Positions 27,570 through 37,293 of a stretch of DNA of 64,000 nt are shown here, piece after piece. A program made the translations under genes and the position numbers. The notes under the pieces are model-generated. The model was not told where the DNA came from. It made no database searches and worked only from the letters and a program-made list of their open reading frames with translations. The stretch lies in assembly GCA_041665265.1 (NCBI GenBank), contig JBAYJE010000001.1, forward strand, positions 35,081 through 99,080, written 5' to 3'. Source of the stretch: Minisyncoccota bacterium. GTDB lineage: Bacteria; Patescibacteriota; Minisyncoccia; UBA6257; GWB1-50-10. Positions within the stretch are counted from its first letter, which is position 1. Each line of letters begins with the position of its first letter.

Positions 27570-27603
27570 TTTTTAGGTTTTTCACAAATTAAAAGGAATT
27601 AGT

Positions 27604-27933
27604 ATGAGTGAACAAAGAAGTTACACGACGAATCCTGGTGACCATCTCGTCATTCAGATTACGGGAATTGCGCAGCATCATATCGCGGAAGTCGTAAGTT
27701 CTGATCCTCTGATAGTGAAGGTTATGGAACACGGACCTTACGCGAAATTAAAGACAGAGGATTTTGTGATTGATGAGGAACTTTCGGCGAAGTATCAAAA
27801 AGGGGATGCGAAAGAATGGGATGTTCTCTATCGTGAAGCAAAGGAGAGGGGATGCCCTTTTCTCTCAGGACTCACGAGTGTGGGGACAAAGGGTGATACC
27901 CTGTATGAATTGATTGGTGCTTCAGAAGAGTAA
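27604..27933 (+). CDS. Hypothetical protein (orphan)
   Basis: AAAAGGAA SD. Preceded by an operator-like palindrome, followed by a terminator. Confidence 0.5.
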   Translation: MSEQRSYTTNPGDHLVIQITGIAQHHIAEVVSSDPLIVKVMEHGPYAKLKTEDFVIDEELSAKYQKGDAKEWDVLYREAKERGCPFLSGLTSVGTKGDTLYELIGASEE

Positions 27934-27955
27934 TAAAGTACATAGTATACGAATG

Positions 27956-27987
27956 ACCCCGTTCGCTCTCAGGCGAACGGGGTTTTT
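27956..27987 (+). terminator. Intrinsic terminator
   Basis: CCCCGTTCGC-tctcag-GCGAACGGGG plus TTTTT. Confidence 0.7.
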
Positions 27988-28013
27988 ATTTCTTTATTAG
28001 CAAAAAAGCATAC

Positions 28014-28042
28014 TTGACAATATTGTAGAATGTATGTATACT
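28014..28042 (+). promoter_or_regulatory. Promoter TTGACA-17-TATACT for orphan gene 28088..28354
   Basis: Read directly. Confidence 0.6.
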
Positions 28043-28087
28043 TACGTTAGTTCACAATTTATAACATTTTTCAGGAAAGGGCTTTTT

Positions 28088-28354
28088 ATGGATTACAATG
28101 TGGTTTTCAGAACCATAGTTCAGTGTACTCACACTGGTGTGGTTACATGGACTTCTTTTCGAAGCAAGGAACACTTCGATCAATGGTACAGCGAAAAAAT
28201 GAAAACATGGTATGAGGTAGTTGAAGAGGGAGTGTCACAAGAACGCGCAATTGAACTTTGTTCATCGCGAACAGCGACACTTGCTGCTCTTGGAGCTCAG
28301 GTAAAAGAAGCCGAACAGATCTTGGAAAGCATTTTGGCTAAGGATACCCAGTAA
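28088..28354 (+). CDS. Hypothetical protein (orphan, 88 aa)
   Basis: AGGAAAGG SD and internal ATG. Table ORF start 28034 overlaps the promoter -10 and was rejected. Own promoter and terminator. Confidence 0.5.
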   Translation: MDYNVVFRTIVQCTHTGVVTWTSFRSKEHFDQWYSEKMKTWYEVVEEGVSQERAIELCSSRTATLAALGAQVKEAEQILESILAKDTQ

Positions 28355-28363
28355 TCAAAGAGT

Positions 28364-28401
28364 ACCGTCGGATTGCATATGCGTCCGGCGGTTTTTATTT
28401 T
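28364..28401 (+). terminator. Intrinsic terminator (imperfect stem)
   Basis: ACCGTCGGATTGCATATGCGTCCGGCGGT plus TTTTTATTTTT. Confidence 0.55.
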
Positions 28402-28412
28402 TATGAAAAAGA

Positions 28413-28441
28413 TTGACTTCGTTATATCAAAATCGTATAGT
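28413..28441 (+). promoter_or_regulatory. Promoter TTGACT-17-TATAGT for orphan gene 28492..28836
   Basis: Read directly. Confidence 0.6.
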
Positions 28442-28491
28442 GCGGGCAGTTATTTGATTTATTTTTTATTCACTATTGAGCGAGGTTTTAT

Positions 28492-28836
28492 ATGTTTATT
28501 GCAATTGTGACCCACAATACGGGACATGGGGAAGTATCTAATCCATTTATCATTTCTGAATATCTTCCCGAGGTAATTCAAGCAGTGCAATCTATTAATG
28601 AAGATGCGAGTCTTCATTACGAATTTCACGAAGATGAAACAGGATTTGTGGTGTACAACATTCCCATGAACAAGATACTCGGGAAACTGAACTTTCTCGA
28701 CTCCATTGGAACCCAGATTTCAGAGAGTTATCCGGTTGTTTTTTCCAAAATACGTATGGGTGGAAAATGGCAAGAGCGATGGTGGAATAAGCACCTGATA
28801 AAAGTGCTCGTGCCGCGCAATTTTTCGGAAAAATAG
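28492..28836 (+). CDS. Hypothetical protein (orphan, 114 aa)
   Basis: GAGG SD. Own TTGACT-17-TATAGT promoter and terminator. Confidence 0.5.
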   Translation: MFIAIVTHNTGHGEVSNPFIISEYLPEVIQAVQSINEDASLHYEFHEDETGFVVYNIPMNKILGKLNFLDSIGTQISESYPVVFSKIRMGGKWQERWWNKHLIKVLVPRNFSEK

Positions 28837-28845
28837 TATTCTTAT

Positions 28846-28869
28846 GCCCCCAATTGTTGGGGGCTTTTT
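28846..28869 (+). terminator. Intrinsic terminator
   Basis: GCCCCCAA-ttg-TTGGGGGC plus TTTTT. Confidence 0.7.
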
Positions 28870-28966
28870 ATTTCTGATAGGAGAGAAATACATTATTGAC
28901 TTACGCTATAATCGTTGTATTCTTTGGTCAGCTGCTATTCTTTAATAACTGAAAAGGAGCATTCAT

Positions 28967-29692
28967 ATGTTTCTCAGTCAGCGGTGGGCATACCTAGTAC
29001 TTACCATACCTTTCTTGATGATTTGGGTTATCTTATACCTCCTTGCAAACAAGGAGACAAGAAATCACCAACTCTTAAGAAGCATGGTGGGAATGTTTTT
29101 AGGAGTCTTGTCGGAAACACTCTATTTCTCCGATTACTGGTATCCTCAGAGCATTTTTTCAACGTATGTGTTTTCTATTCCCGTGCTTATCGAAGATATT
29201 CTCTTCGGATTTGCTGTGGTGGGGATAGCGAGTACGTGCTATGAAACACTTTGTAAAAAGAGAAGAACACGCATGCAAGAAATGTCCTCTCTCAGGAAAA
29301 TTCTTGTGATGGTGACGCTCGGACTCATGGTATATATTTCTTCTCTTATCCTTTGCAAGGTAGTAGGAGTTAATTCAATTTTTTCGACGGCGGGTATCAT
29401 GTTTATGTTTTCTCTTGTGGTACTTTCTCGTCGGCCAGATCTTTTAAAGCCCGCATTTTTCACCTCCACGGTATTCTTGGGACTTCTCTTCTTTATTTAT
29501 TCGTTCGGCTTTCTCATATTTTCAAATGCCGAGCAGATACTTATGGATTGGTGGGCGCTCTACCAGCATCCATTGGGAACTCGAGTCTTCAACATTCCGA
29601 TTTCGGAGATGGTCTGGGCATGGTGTTTTGGATTTTCAAGCGCCACACTTTATTCTGGTGCTACAGAAGTTTATTTCTCTCCTCAAACATAA
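28967..29692 (+). CDS. Lycopene-cyclase-domain membrane protein (two repeats)
   Basis: Two half-domains, each with the conserved hPhEE motif (IPVLIEDILFGF and IPISEMVWAWCFGF) in a 7-TM-like scaffold. Confidence 0.45.
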   Translation: MFLSQRWAYLVLTIPFLMIWVILYLLANKETRNHQLLRSMVGMFLGVLSETLYFSDYWYPQSIFSTYVFSIPVLIEDILFGFAVVGIASTCYETLCKKRRTRMQEMSSLRKILVMVTLGLMVYISSLILCKVVGVNSIFSTAGIMFMFSLVVLSRRPDLLKPAFFTSTVFLGLLFFIYSFGFLIFSNAEQILMDWWALYQHPLGTRVFNIPISEMVWAWCFGFSSATLYSGATEVYFSPQT

Positions 29693-29719
29693 CCCCCGTA
29701 TGGGGGTTTTTATTTTTTC
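29692..29719 (+). terminator. Intrinsic terminator
   Basis: ACCCCC-gtat-GGGGGT plus TTTTTATTTTTT. Confidence 0.7.
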
Positions 29720-29785
29720 TCTTCGCAAAAAAGCAGCAACGCTTGAAGATAGGGTATAATTATTTACATAGTTGAGAAATTAGGT

Positions 29786-31447
29786 ATGAATATTGAAGAA
29801 CTAAAAAAAGTAATAAAAGGGGAGGTGATGGCGGATGAGAGGACAAAGGTGAAATACAGCCGTGACACGAGCCTTTTTGAGGTGACCCCTCAAGTTGTTG
29901 TATTTCCAAAAGATGAGGAGGATGTGAGAGCTCTCGTGCATTATGTGGCAGACGCAAAGAAGCGAGGAGAAGCTATTTCTCTTACTGCGCGTGCCGCAGG
30001 AACCGATATGTCAGGTGGGCCACTTACTGAATCAATTGTAGTTGATTTCTCAAGGTATTTTACACACATCGAAGATGTGGGAAATCTTATTAATATGGAG
30101 GGTGGTATTCCTGATGGATATGCGATTACGGAACCCGGCGTTTTTTATCGTGATTTTGAAAAGAAAACACTCGAGAAGGGATTTTTGCTTCCTTCATACC
30201 CTGCATCACGTGAACTTTGTGCGATGGGGGGAATGATCGCGAATGATTCGGGAGGAGAGAAAACATTAAAGTACGGGAAGACGCATGACTATGTGCGACG
30301 ACTGAATGTAGTCCTTGCGGATGGTGGTGCATATCAATTAAAATCACTTACCTCGGAAGAGCTTAAGAAGAAAGAAGAGGAGACTACGTTTGAGGGAGAG
30401 GTGTATCGAAAGATGCATGCACTCTTGGGAAAGAATGCTGATGTGATTCAGCGTGCAAGACCGAAGGTATCGAAGAATTCTGCAGGCTACAATTTATGGG
30501 ATGTGTGGAACGGAAATCGTTTTGACCTCACAAAACTTTTCACGGGTTCTCAAGGAACGCTCGGTATGCTCACGAAGATGGAAGTTCGTTTAGTAAAGGC
30601 AAAACCTGAGACGGGCATGCTTGTAGTTTTCTTGAGCGATTTTTCTAAAGTAACCTCAGTCGTAAATGAAGTGCTTCCATTTGCGCCATCAAGTTTTGAA
30701 TCATTTGACGACCAGACGTTTACACTTGCACTTAAATATTTCTGGGGATTTTTGAAACTTCTTGCAAAAAATCCTTTCTCACTTGCGCTCGCATTTTTGC
30801 CTGAGTTCTGGCTTGTGCTTACGAAGGGGATGCCAAAACTTATTCTTCTTATTGAATTTGAAGAGGATACGGTTGTTGAGGTACAAAAGAAATTAGAGGC
30901 ATTGCGCACAAAACTCATACCACTTGGATTTCCGATGCGCCTTGCGGCGAACAAGGAGGAATCAAAAAAGTATTGGTTAATACGTCGCGAGAGTTTTAAT
31001 TTGTTGCGTACGCGCGTGAAGGGCAAGCAGACCGCACCTTTTATTGATGACCTTATTGTGCGGCCCGAATTTATTCCTGAATTTCTCCCCGCACTCTATG
31101 AGATTTTAAAGCGATATGACATTTTCTCGACAGTAGCAGGCCACATTGGTGATGGAAATTTTCACATCATTCCACTTATGCGCCTTGCAGATGAAGCAGA
31201 CCGTGCAAAAATTCGCCCAGTCGCCGATGAGGTGTATGCACTTGTATTGAAGTATGGTGGTTCAATCACCGCAGAGCACAACGATGGCCTTATTCGAAGC
31301 CCTTACTTAGAGGCTATGTATGGCAAAGAGGTATGTGTGTTATTTAAAGAAGTAAAAGATATCTTTGATCCACAAGGAATATTTAATCCAGGAAAGAAAG
31401 TAAATTCGAGTATGGAATATGCGATGAAACATATTAAGCGATCATGA
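29786..31447 (+). CDS. FAD-linked oxidase (PCMH-type FAD-binding domain; GlcD/D-lactate dehydrogenase-like)
   Basis: FAD_binding_4 region (VHYVADAKKRGEAISLTARAAGTDMSGG) and C-terminal FAD-oxidase_C-like region. 553 aa. Confidence 0.7.
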   Translation: MNIEELKKVIKGEVMADERTKVKYSRDTSLFEVTPQVVVFPKDEEDVRALVHYVADAKKRGEAISLTARAAGTDMSGGPLTESIVVDFSRYFTHIEDVGNLINMEGGIPDGYAITEPGVFYRDFEKKTLEKGFLLPSYPASRELCAMGGMIANDSGGEKTLKYGKTHDYVRRLNVVLADGGAYQLKSLTSEELKKKEEETTFEGEVYRKMHALLGKNADVIQRARPKVSKNSAGYNLWDVWNGNRFDLTKLFTGSQGTLGMLTKMEVRLVKAKPETGMLVVFLSDFSKVTSVVNEVLPFAPSSFESFDDQTFTLALKYFWGFLKLLAKNPFSLALAFLPEFWLVLTKGMPKLILLIEFEEDTVVEVQKKLEALRTKLIPLGFPMRLAANKEESKKYWLIRRESFNLLRTRVKGKQTAPFIDDLIVRPEFIPEFLPALYEILKRYDIFSTVAGHIGDGNFHIIPLMRLADEADRAKIRPVADEVYALVLKYGGSITAEHNDGLIRSPYLEAMYGKEVCVLFKEVKDIFDPQGIFNPGKKVNSSMEYAMKHIKRS

Positions 31448-31944
31448 AGGAAATAGAAGTAAAATTTATCGTCCGTGACCTTAATGCAATTGCACGTACG
31501 CTGAAGAAGCTTGGTGGGCGATGTACTTGGAAGGGACGAGAAGAGAGTTCTTATTTCGACACACCTGTACACTCACTTCGCAGGAAGGGAATCGTCTTGC
31601 GCCTTAGAAAATGGAAAGGGGACTCAGATTTTTTGACGTTGAAAGTAGAACCGAAAAAGAAAGGAAAGAAATTTAGTGTGCGCAAAGAACTTCAGACTGC
31701 AGTTGATAGCGCAAAAATGTGCGAGATATTCAAGGAACTTGGATTTGAGGAGTCATTTCGTTATGCGAAAAATCGCGCGCATTGGAAACTCGGGAAGACC
31801 TCGATTGAACTCGATTTATTAAAAAATAAATCATATGTCGAGATAGAAGGAACGAAGAAGGAGATAGAGCGTCTCGCACCTATCCTTGGACTTGATTGGA
31901 AGAATTCAACCACAAAGAGCTACGTAGAGTTGTTAGGGAAATAA
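31444..31944 (+). CDS. CYTH-domain protein (CyaB/thiamine-triphosphatase-like)
   Basis: EIEVKFIV N-terminal EXEXK motif and following beta-barrel pattern. Overlaps the upstream stop by 4 nt. Confidence 0.6.
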   Translation: MKEIEVKFIVRDLNAIARTLKKLGGRCTWKGREESSYFDTPVHSLRRKGIVLRLRKWKGDSDFLTLKVEPKKKGKKFSVRKELQTAVDSAKMCEIFKELGFEESFRYAKNRAHWKLGKTSIELDLLKNKSYVEIEGTKKEIERLAPILGLDWKNSTTKSYVELLGK

Positions 31945-31948
31945 AATA

Positions 31949-31977
31949 TTGACAGAATAATAAAATAAAAGTATATT
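31949..31977 (+). promoter_or_regulatory. Promoter TTGACA-17-TATATT for gene 32048..32473
   Basis: Read directly. Confidence 0.6.
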
Positions 31978-32047
31978 ATTTTTACCGTTTTTACGAACAG
32001 AAAAACGCACATTTACATAGTATTCACTCTAAAGAAGGAGAGTCTGC

Positions 32048-32473
32048 ATGAGACATTTGTTTGTATTACTTTCGGCGCTTGTCGCAAGATTAAAGCCCGA
32101 ATTTATTCATGAACCAGAAGAAGAGGTTCAGCCCGGAGACAAGGTGCTCGGTGAATTGACCGAGTGGGAAAAGAATCTTCTTGGGGTCCGTTATATGTTG
32201 GATGACGAGGTGAAACAGAAGGCCACTGAGCATCTTAAGGAAATAGATCACGACCACCCTGCATTTAAAAAAGGGAAAAAATGTGAAGTATTTCTTGCTG
32301 AGGCTCATGCTTTGGAAGTGCAAGAGGCATTTGTTGGAAAGGTATTCTGGATGTCCGTTAATTTACGCTTTGGATATCCCGAAGGAAAGATTGCTATTCG
32401 CAAAGGATGGAAAGCGGTCGTCCAAAAGAAGGATCTCGGTGATGTGCTCGAAGAGATGTTTCGTCACCGGTAG
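32048..32473 (+). CDS. Hypothetical protein
   Basis: GAAGGAGAG SD. Own TTGACA-17-TATATT promoter and terminator. Confidence 0.5.
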   Translation: MRHLFVLLSALVARLKPEFIHEPEEEVQPGDKVLGELTEWEKNLLGVRYMLDDEVKQKATEHLKEIDHDHPAFKKGKKCEVFLAEAHALEVQEAFVGKVFWMSVNLRFGYPEGKIAIRKGWKAVVQKKDLGDVLEEMFRHR

Positions 32474-32483
32474 TAACTATATA

Positions 32484-32508
32484 CAGCCCTTTACCGGGCT
32501 GTTTTTTT
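32484..32508 (+). terminator. Intrinsic terminator
   Basis: CAGCCC-tttacc-GGGCTG plus TTTTTTT. Confidence 0.65.
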
Positions 32509-32550
32509 ATTGTACATTGAGGCAGCTTTTCCGTTTCCACATTCATTTCT

Positions 32551-33777
32551 ATGTTTGAAATTATAAAAAAAGATACCGCAACGAAGGCACGTGTGGGTAT
32601 TTTAAAAAATGCACATGGCGGAATTGCAGAAACGCCGAGTTATGTGATTGTGGGTACACGCGCAGAAGTGCGCACGCTCACTCCAGAAGATTTTCCTGCA
32701 ATTAAAGTACAAATGCTCATTGCAAATACGTACCATCTTTGGCGTATGTTGGGGGACACACTCGAAACATTTGAAGGACTTCATACGCGCATGCATACGG
32801 ATGCAATTCTTATGACCGATTCGGGGGGCTTCCAAGTATTCTCACTTGGGTTTGCTCGCGAACATGGCGTTTCAAAAGTGGGTGTTTCTTCGGTACATCG
32901 TGAAAAACCAAATATTTTTCGTGATATATTTCTTCAAATAAAATCCTTTCTTGGTATTTCTCACAAACGGAATCTAGTTCGCATTACGCCGTGGGGAACC
33001 TATTTTAAAGATGAGGGGTATGGTGATACAACGCCAGTATTTTTAGGCCCAAAAAAATCTATTCGCATCCAAGAAAAACTTGGTGCTGATATTATTTTGG
33101 CATTTGACGAATGTACCTCACCAAAACATGGATATTGGTATACCAAATGGGCGATGCATCGCACACACACGTGGGCGAGGCAGTGCATTGCTGCGAAGAA
33201 ATCAACGCAAGCGCTCTATGGTATTGTGCAGGGAGGAAATTTCGAAGACTTGAGAAAGGAGAGTGCGCGTGTAATAGGGGAGATGCCATTTGATGGCTTT
33301 GCAATTGGTGGTTCGTTTGGAGAAGAGGAGATGAGAAATGTACTTGAGTGGTGTATTCCTTATCTTCCTGAAGAGAAACCTAGACACCTTCTTGGTATTG
33401 GACGCATTGAAGACATCTTGGATGGCGTGGCACGGGGTATTGATACCTTCGATTGCGTGATTCCTACACGCGAGGCACGACACGGTTCTCTTTGGACTCA
33501 TCACGGACGATATAATATCACAGGAGCAAAATATGAAGGAAGTACCCTTCCACTCGAAGAAGGATGTGCGTGTCCCGCATGTTCTCGCGGTATAACGCAA
33601 GGAATGCTCCATGATGAATTTCGTGCAAAAAATATGAATGCAGGACGTGAAGCAACGCTTCATAATATATATTTTTTTAATACTTTTATGGCGGAAATAC
33701 GTGCAGCTATCAAAGCTGGTCGTTTTCAAGAATTTCGTAAGAAAATAGAGGAACAACTAAAAAACCATGGCGTCTGA
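32551..33777 (+). CDS. tgt: Queuine tRNA-ribosyltransferase
   Basis: TPSYVIVGT..LIANTYHLW, catalytic Asp region, zinc site CACPACSRG...H. Confidence 0.9.
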   Translation: MFEIIKKDTATKARVGILKNAHGGIAETPSYVIVGTRAEVRTLTPEDFPAIKVQMLIANTYHLWRMLGDTLETFEGLHTRMHTDAILMTDSGGFQVFSLGFAREHGVSKVGVSSVHREKPNIFRDIFLQIKSFLGISHKRNLVRITPWGTYFKDEGYGDTTPVFLGPKKSIRIQEKLGADIILAFDECTSPKHGYWYTKWAMHRTHTWARQCIAAKKSTQALYGIVQGGNFEDLRKESARVIGEMPFDGFAIGGSFGEEEMRNVLEWCIPYLPEEKPRHLLGIGRIEDILDGVARGIDTFDCVIPTREARHGSLWTHHGRYNITGAKYEGSTLPLEEGCACPACSRGITQGMLHDEFRAKNMNAGREATLHNIYFFNTFMAEIRAAIKAGRFQEFRKKIEEQLKNHGV

Positions 33778-34822
33778 ACAATTTGATTTTACGTTACCAA
33801 AAGAATTGATTGCTTCGGCTCCTGCTGAACCGCGCGATGCTGCGCGGCTCTTTGTATACGATACGCGTACCGACACGATTACATTCGATACATTTCATCA
33901 CATAAAAAAATATATTCCAAAGGATGCGCTTCTTGTACTGAATACCTCAAAGGTGGTGCCTGCGCGCATCGAGGTTCATAAAGAAACCGGCGGGAAGGTG
34001 GAGTTATTACTTCTTGTGAATGAACTACGTGTGGGTGAGACGATTATTAAAAGTATTGCAGATAGAAAGTTGACCGTGGGGCAAAAACTCTCATTTCCAA
34101 ATGGAGAAAAATTAGAAGTGGTGCAACAAGAAGAACAGTTCTTTTATATGAAGCCGCTTTTCCCAATCGAACACATAGGTGAGTTACTTATGCGTTATGG
34201 TATTACACCCATTCCTAAATATCTTGGTGAATCGCCACTCACTGAAACAGAACTTCGCGCACGCTATCAGAGTGTGTTTGCGACACAACCCGCATCAGTT
34301 GCCGCACCTACCGCATCGTTGCATTTTACTCCAGAGCTTCTTGAGGAACTTAGAGAACGTGGTAATTCATTTGCCTCTATTGCGCTTCATGTGGGAATGG
34401 GAACTTTTGCTCCGGTGCGCGAGGAGCAGATACGAGAAGGGAAACTTCATCGTGAACAATACACAATACCAAAAGAGACTTCAGAGATACTACGCTTACA
34501 AAAACACGCAAAAAAGCCGATTGTTGCAGTGGGGACGACAGTAATGCGCGCACTTGAGTCAGCGGGGACTACAATTTTAAGCAATGGTGCTTTAACACCT
34601 ATTATCGACTCAACTGAGATATTTATTCGATATCCCCATCATTTTATGCTCGCAGACATGATGGTAACGAATTTTCACATTCCACAATCTTCTCTTATGA
34701 GTCTCGTAGATGCATTTTTGAGAGATAAGAATGCAAAGAGAACTATTTTGGAGCTATATGCCATCGCAATAAAAGAAAGATTTCATTTTTATTCGTTTGG
34801 TGATGCAATGCTTATTGTGTAA
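33767..34822 (+). CDS. queA: S-adenosylmethionine:tRNA ribosyltransferase-isomerase
   Basis: FDFTLPKELIASAPAEPRDAARLFVY N-terminus and conserved QueA core. Overlaps tgt by 11 nt. Confidence 0.9.
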   Translation: MASEQFDFTLPKELIASAPAEPRDAARLFVYDTRTDTITFDTFHHIKKYIPKDALLVLNTSKVVPARIEVHKETGGKVELLLLVNELRVGETIIKSIADRKLTVGQKLSFPNGEKLEVVQQEEQFFYMKPLFPIEHIGELLMRYGITPIPKYLGESPLTETELRARYQSVFATQPASVAAPTASLHFTPELLEELRERGNSFASIALHVGMGTFAPVREEQIREGKLHREQYTIPKETSEILRLQKHAKKPIVAVGTTVMRALESAGTTILSNGALTPIIDSTEIFIRYPHHFMLADMMVTNFHIPQSSLMSLVDAFLRDKNAKRTILELYAIAIKERFHFYSFGDAMLIV

Positions 34823-34856
34823 GGGAAGGTGAGTGACTTACGTTATACTATAGAGA

Positions 34857-35699
34857 ATGAAACAATTGTTACTATTTATTACATTATTTGCTTTGATTGG
34901 TACTCCTATGGTGTACGCGGATAGTTTGAGTATGAACATTTCTGACACCACGCCGTATCAAGGTGATACCGTAACAGTAAGTTTTACCGGAGGTGCAAAG
35001 CCAGAATCTGTTTTATTTGATGGGAAGCGATTTTCTTTTTTTACGTATCGTCGTAATCCAATGGCGGTTATCCCAATTCTCGCCGCACAAAAAGCAGGTA
35101 CTTATCCGCTCATAGTCACATTTGTAGGAGGCACTACTTTTACAAGAAGTCTTAGGGTGCGCGCAAGAAAATTTGTAGTAGTGAATCTTGGTATTCCAAA
35201 AGAACTCGGACTTACGACAGAAGGACTTACCACAAAGCTTGCTGAACAAAAAGTGAGCATTGATAGTACCGTGAAGGAGAAAACTGATAAGGTGTATTTT
35301 GAAAAAGCATTCGGATTACCACTCGCCAACAATAGAACAATCTCAAGTACGTATGGAGAGATTCGTAAGACGGGGGATTCAGTGATTCGTCACTGGGGGA
35401 TTGATATAAAAGGACGCGCAGGTGCCGCAGTAGGAGCAATGAGTGGGGGTGTCGTGAAAAGCGTCTACTTTGATACGGTGTATGGCAACGTGATTATTAT
35501 TGACCACGGCGAGGGAATCTTCTCACTGTACATGCATTTACAAAAACAAAATGTAAAAGAAGGGGATATTGTAGAGCGTGGTACGGTGATTGGTACTGTA
35601 GGAAGTACAGGATATTCAACGGCACCACATCTTCACCTTTCTCTTAAAGTAAATTCTATTTCGGTTGATCCCATTCGATTTGTAATGGGATTCAAGTAA
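34857..35699 (+). CDS. Secreted M23-family metallopeptidase
   Basis: Signal peptide. HWGIDI...GNVIIIDHGEGIFSLYMHL...STGYSTAPHLHLSL (HxxxD...HxH LytM signature). Confidence 0.8.
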   Translation: MKQLLLFITLFALIGTPMVYADSLSMNISDTTPYQGDTVTVSFTGGAKPESVLFDGKRFSFFTYRRNPMAVIPILAAQKAGTYPLIVTFVGGTTFTRSLRVRARKFVVVNLGIPKELGLTTEGLTTKLAEQKVSIDSTVKEKTDKVYFEKAFGLPLANNRTISSTYGEIRKTGDSVIRHWGIDIKGRAGAAVGAMSGGVVKSVYFDTVYGNVIIIDHGEGIFSLYMHLQKQNVKEGDIVERGTVIGTVGSTGYSTAPHLHLSLKVNSISVDPIRFVMGFK

Positions 35700-35701
35700 G
35701 A

Positions 35702-35926
35702 TTAATTTTTCGGCCTGTTATGACGCATATTGTCCAAGGCCCACACATACTCAATCACAAGGACTGATATCCATTGAGGTTCGTTGTATGCGAGAAACAT
35801 TATAAAGCCTATTACGAGGGCAATTGTGTTAATAAAGAAGAAAGCGACGTCAAAATGTTGCTCGTGGCGAGAGGTTTCTTCGTTGTTGGTAATATAAAGA
35901 AGCGCTTTCCATAATTTGTGACTCAT
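35702..35926 (-). CDS. Possible small membrane protein (74 aa)
   Basis: ORF only. Weak SD. Lies between the M23 peptidase gene and secD on the opposite strand. Confidence 0.25.
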   Translation of the reverse strand: MSHKLWKALLYITNNEETSRHEQHFDVAFFFINTIALVIGFIMFLAYNEPQWISVLVIEYVWALDNMRHNRPKN

Positions 35927-36029
35927 ATAAAGATATTCTACCTTATTAAGGGAATCCTTTCTAGGAAGGATTTAGTCACTTATTGTCAGGTTGATTTCGC
36001 TTCGCGCATATTATACACTTGATTTTACT

Positions 36030-37292
36030 ATGCTTGATAGAAAAAGAATGTTGGCGTTTCTCACGCTTATCATCACCGTCTCAGTCGTTGCCGGTGTGTT
36101 TACGTATCAACCCCTATGGGAAAAGATAAGTTCTTTTCGACCTTGGAGTTTGGGACTTGACCTCGCAGGAGGAAGTCTTCTTACTTACGATATTGATGTA
36201 AGTAAGGTGAAAAGCGAAGACCGAGATTCGGTTATTCGTGGATTGCGCGACGTGATCGAGAAGCGCGTAAATCTTTTCGGTGTTTCAGAACCAAAGGTAT
36301 ACAACGAGAAGGTGGGGGATACGAATAGACTCGTGATTGAGCTCGCAGGTATTAAAGATATTGATAAAGCAATTGCGATGATTGGGGAAACACCCTTTCT
36401 CGAATTTCGTGAGGTGCAACAGGATGAGGGGTCAACAAGTACCGTTTCATTTATTCCTACGGAGTTGAATGGACGTTATGTGGTGAGTGCACAGGTAGGA
36501 CGAGATCAGACTGCAGGATTTCCTGAAATTGACTTCACCTTAAATGAAGAAGGTGCCGTTCTTTTTGAAAAAATTACTGGTAATAACATCGGGAAGGCAA
36601 TTTGTCTTTTCATTGATGGACAACCAATTATTCCTGATAGCTTCGAAGATAGTTGTCCAAGAGTGCAGGGAGTGATTTCTGGAGGAAAAGCACGCATTAC
36701 AGGACAATTTAGTATCACACGCGCGCAGCAAATCGTGGAACGTTTTAATGCGGGGGCACTTCCTGCTCCTATTACACTCGTGAATCAGCAGACAGTAGGT
36801 GCTGACTTCGGTAAAGATTCACTTGAGAAGGCGATTTTTGCGGGTGCGATAGGTATGATCGCGGTCATGATTTTTATGCTTGTCTACTATCGAACACTTG
36901 GCATCTTTGCTTCGTTTGCACTTCTTATCTATACCGCACTTGCTCTTGGTCTTTTCAAGCTTGTGCCTATTACTCTTACGCTTTCTGGTATTGCAGGATT
37001 CATCCTCTCTATTGGTATGGCGGTGGACGCAAACATCCTGGTCTATGAGCGTACGAAGGAAGAAATGAAGAAGGGCATTCCTCATGCGGCAGCTATTGAA
37101 GAGGGATTCAGACGCGCGTGGACTTCAATTCGCGATTCAAACGTTTCTACTATGATTACTTCCGCGGTACTTTATTTCCTTACCTCAAGCTTTGTGCAGG
37201 GATTTGCACTCACGCTTTTCTTGGGAGTGGTAATCAGTATGTTCAGCGCGATTACGACAACGCGCCTTATGTTAAGACTCTTCCTTAAATAA
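36030..37292 (+). CDS. secD: Protein translocase subunit SecD
   Basis: N-terminal TM, large periplasmic domain, C-terminal 5-TM SSD (GLDLAGGS..., FALTLFLGVVISMFSAIT). Start placed at MLDRKRM. The table ORF begins at 35991 and overlaps candidate promoter sequence. Confidence 0.85.
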   Translation: MLDRKRMLAFLTLIITVSVVAGVFTYQPLWEKISSFRPWSLGLDLAGGSLLTYDIDVSKVKSEDRDSVIRGLRDVIEKRVNLFGVSEPKVYNEKVGDTNRLVIELAGIKDIDKAIAMIGETPFLEFREVQQDEGSTSTVSFIPTELNGRYVVSAQVGRDQTAGFPEIDFTLNEEGAVLFEKITGNNIGKAICLFIDGQPIIPDSFEDSCPRVQGVISGGKARITGQFSITRAQQIVERFNAGALPAPITLVNQQTVGADFGKDSLEKAIFAGAIGMIAVMIFMLVYYRTLGIFASFALLIYTALALGLFKLVPITLTLSGIAGFILSIGMAVDANILVYERTKEEMKKGIPHAAAIEEGFRRAWTSIRDSNVSTMITSAVLYFLTSSFVQGFALTLFLGVVISMFSAITTTRLMLRLFLK

Positions 37293-37293
37293 T

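Noticed and set aside
28034-28087. ATG at 28034 as the start of the 88-aa orphan gene.
   Set aside because: This ATG overlaps the TATACT -10 hexamer. An internal ATG at 28088 is preceded by an AGGAAAGG SD.
28896-28935. TTGACT followed 5 bp later by TATAAT upstream of the lycopene-cyclase-domain gene, as a promoter.
   Set aside because: The spacing is far too short for a sigma-70 promoter. Only the TATAAT, with AT-rich upstream sequence, can be considered, and that is weak evidence.
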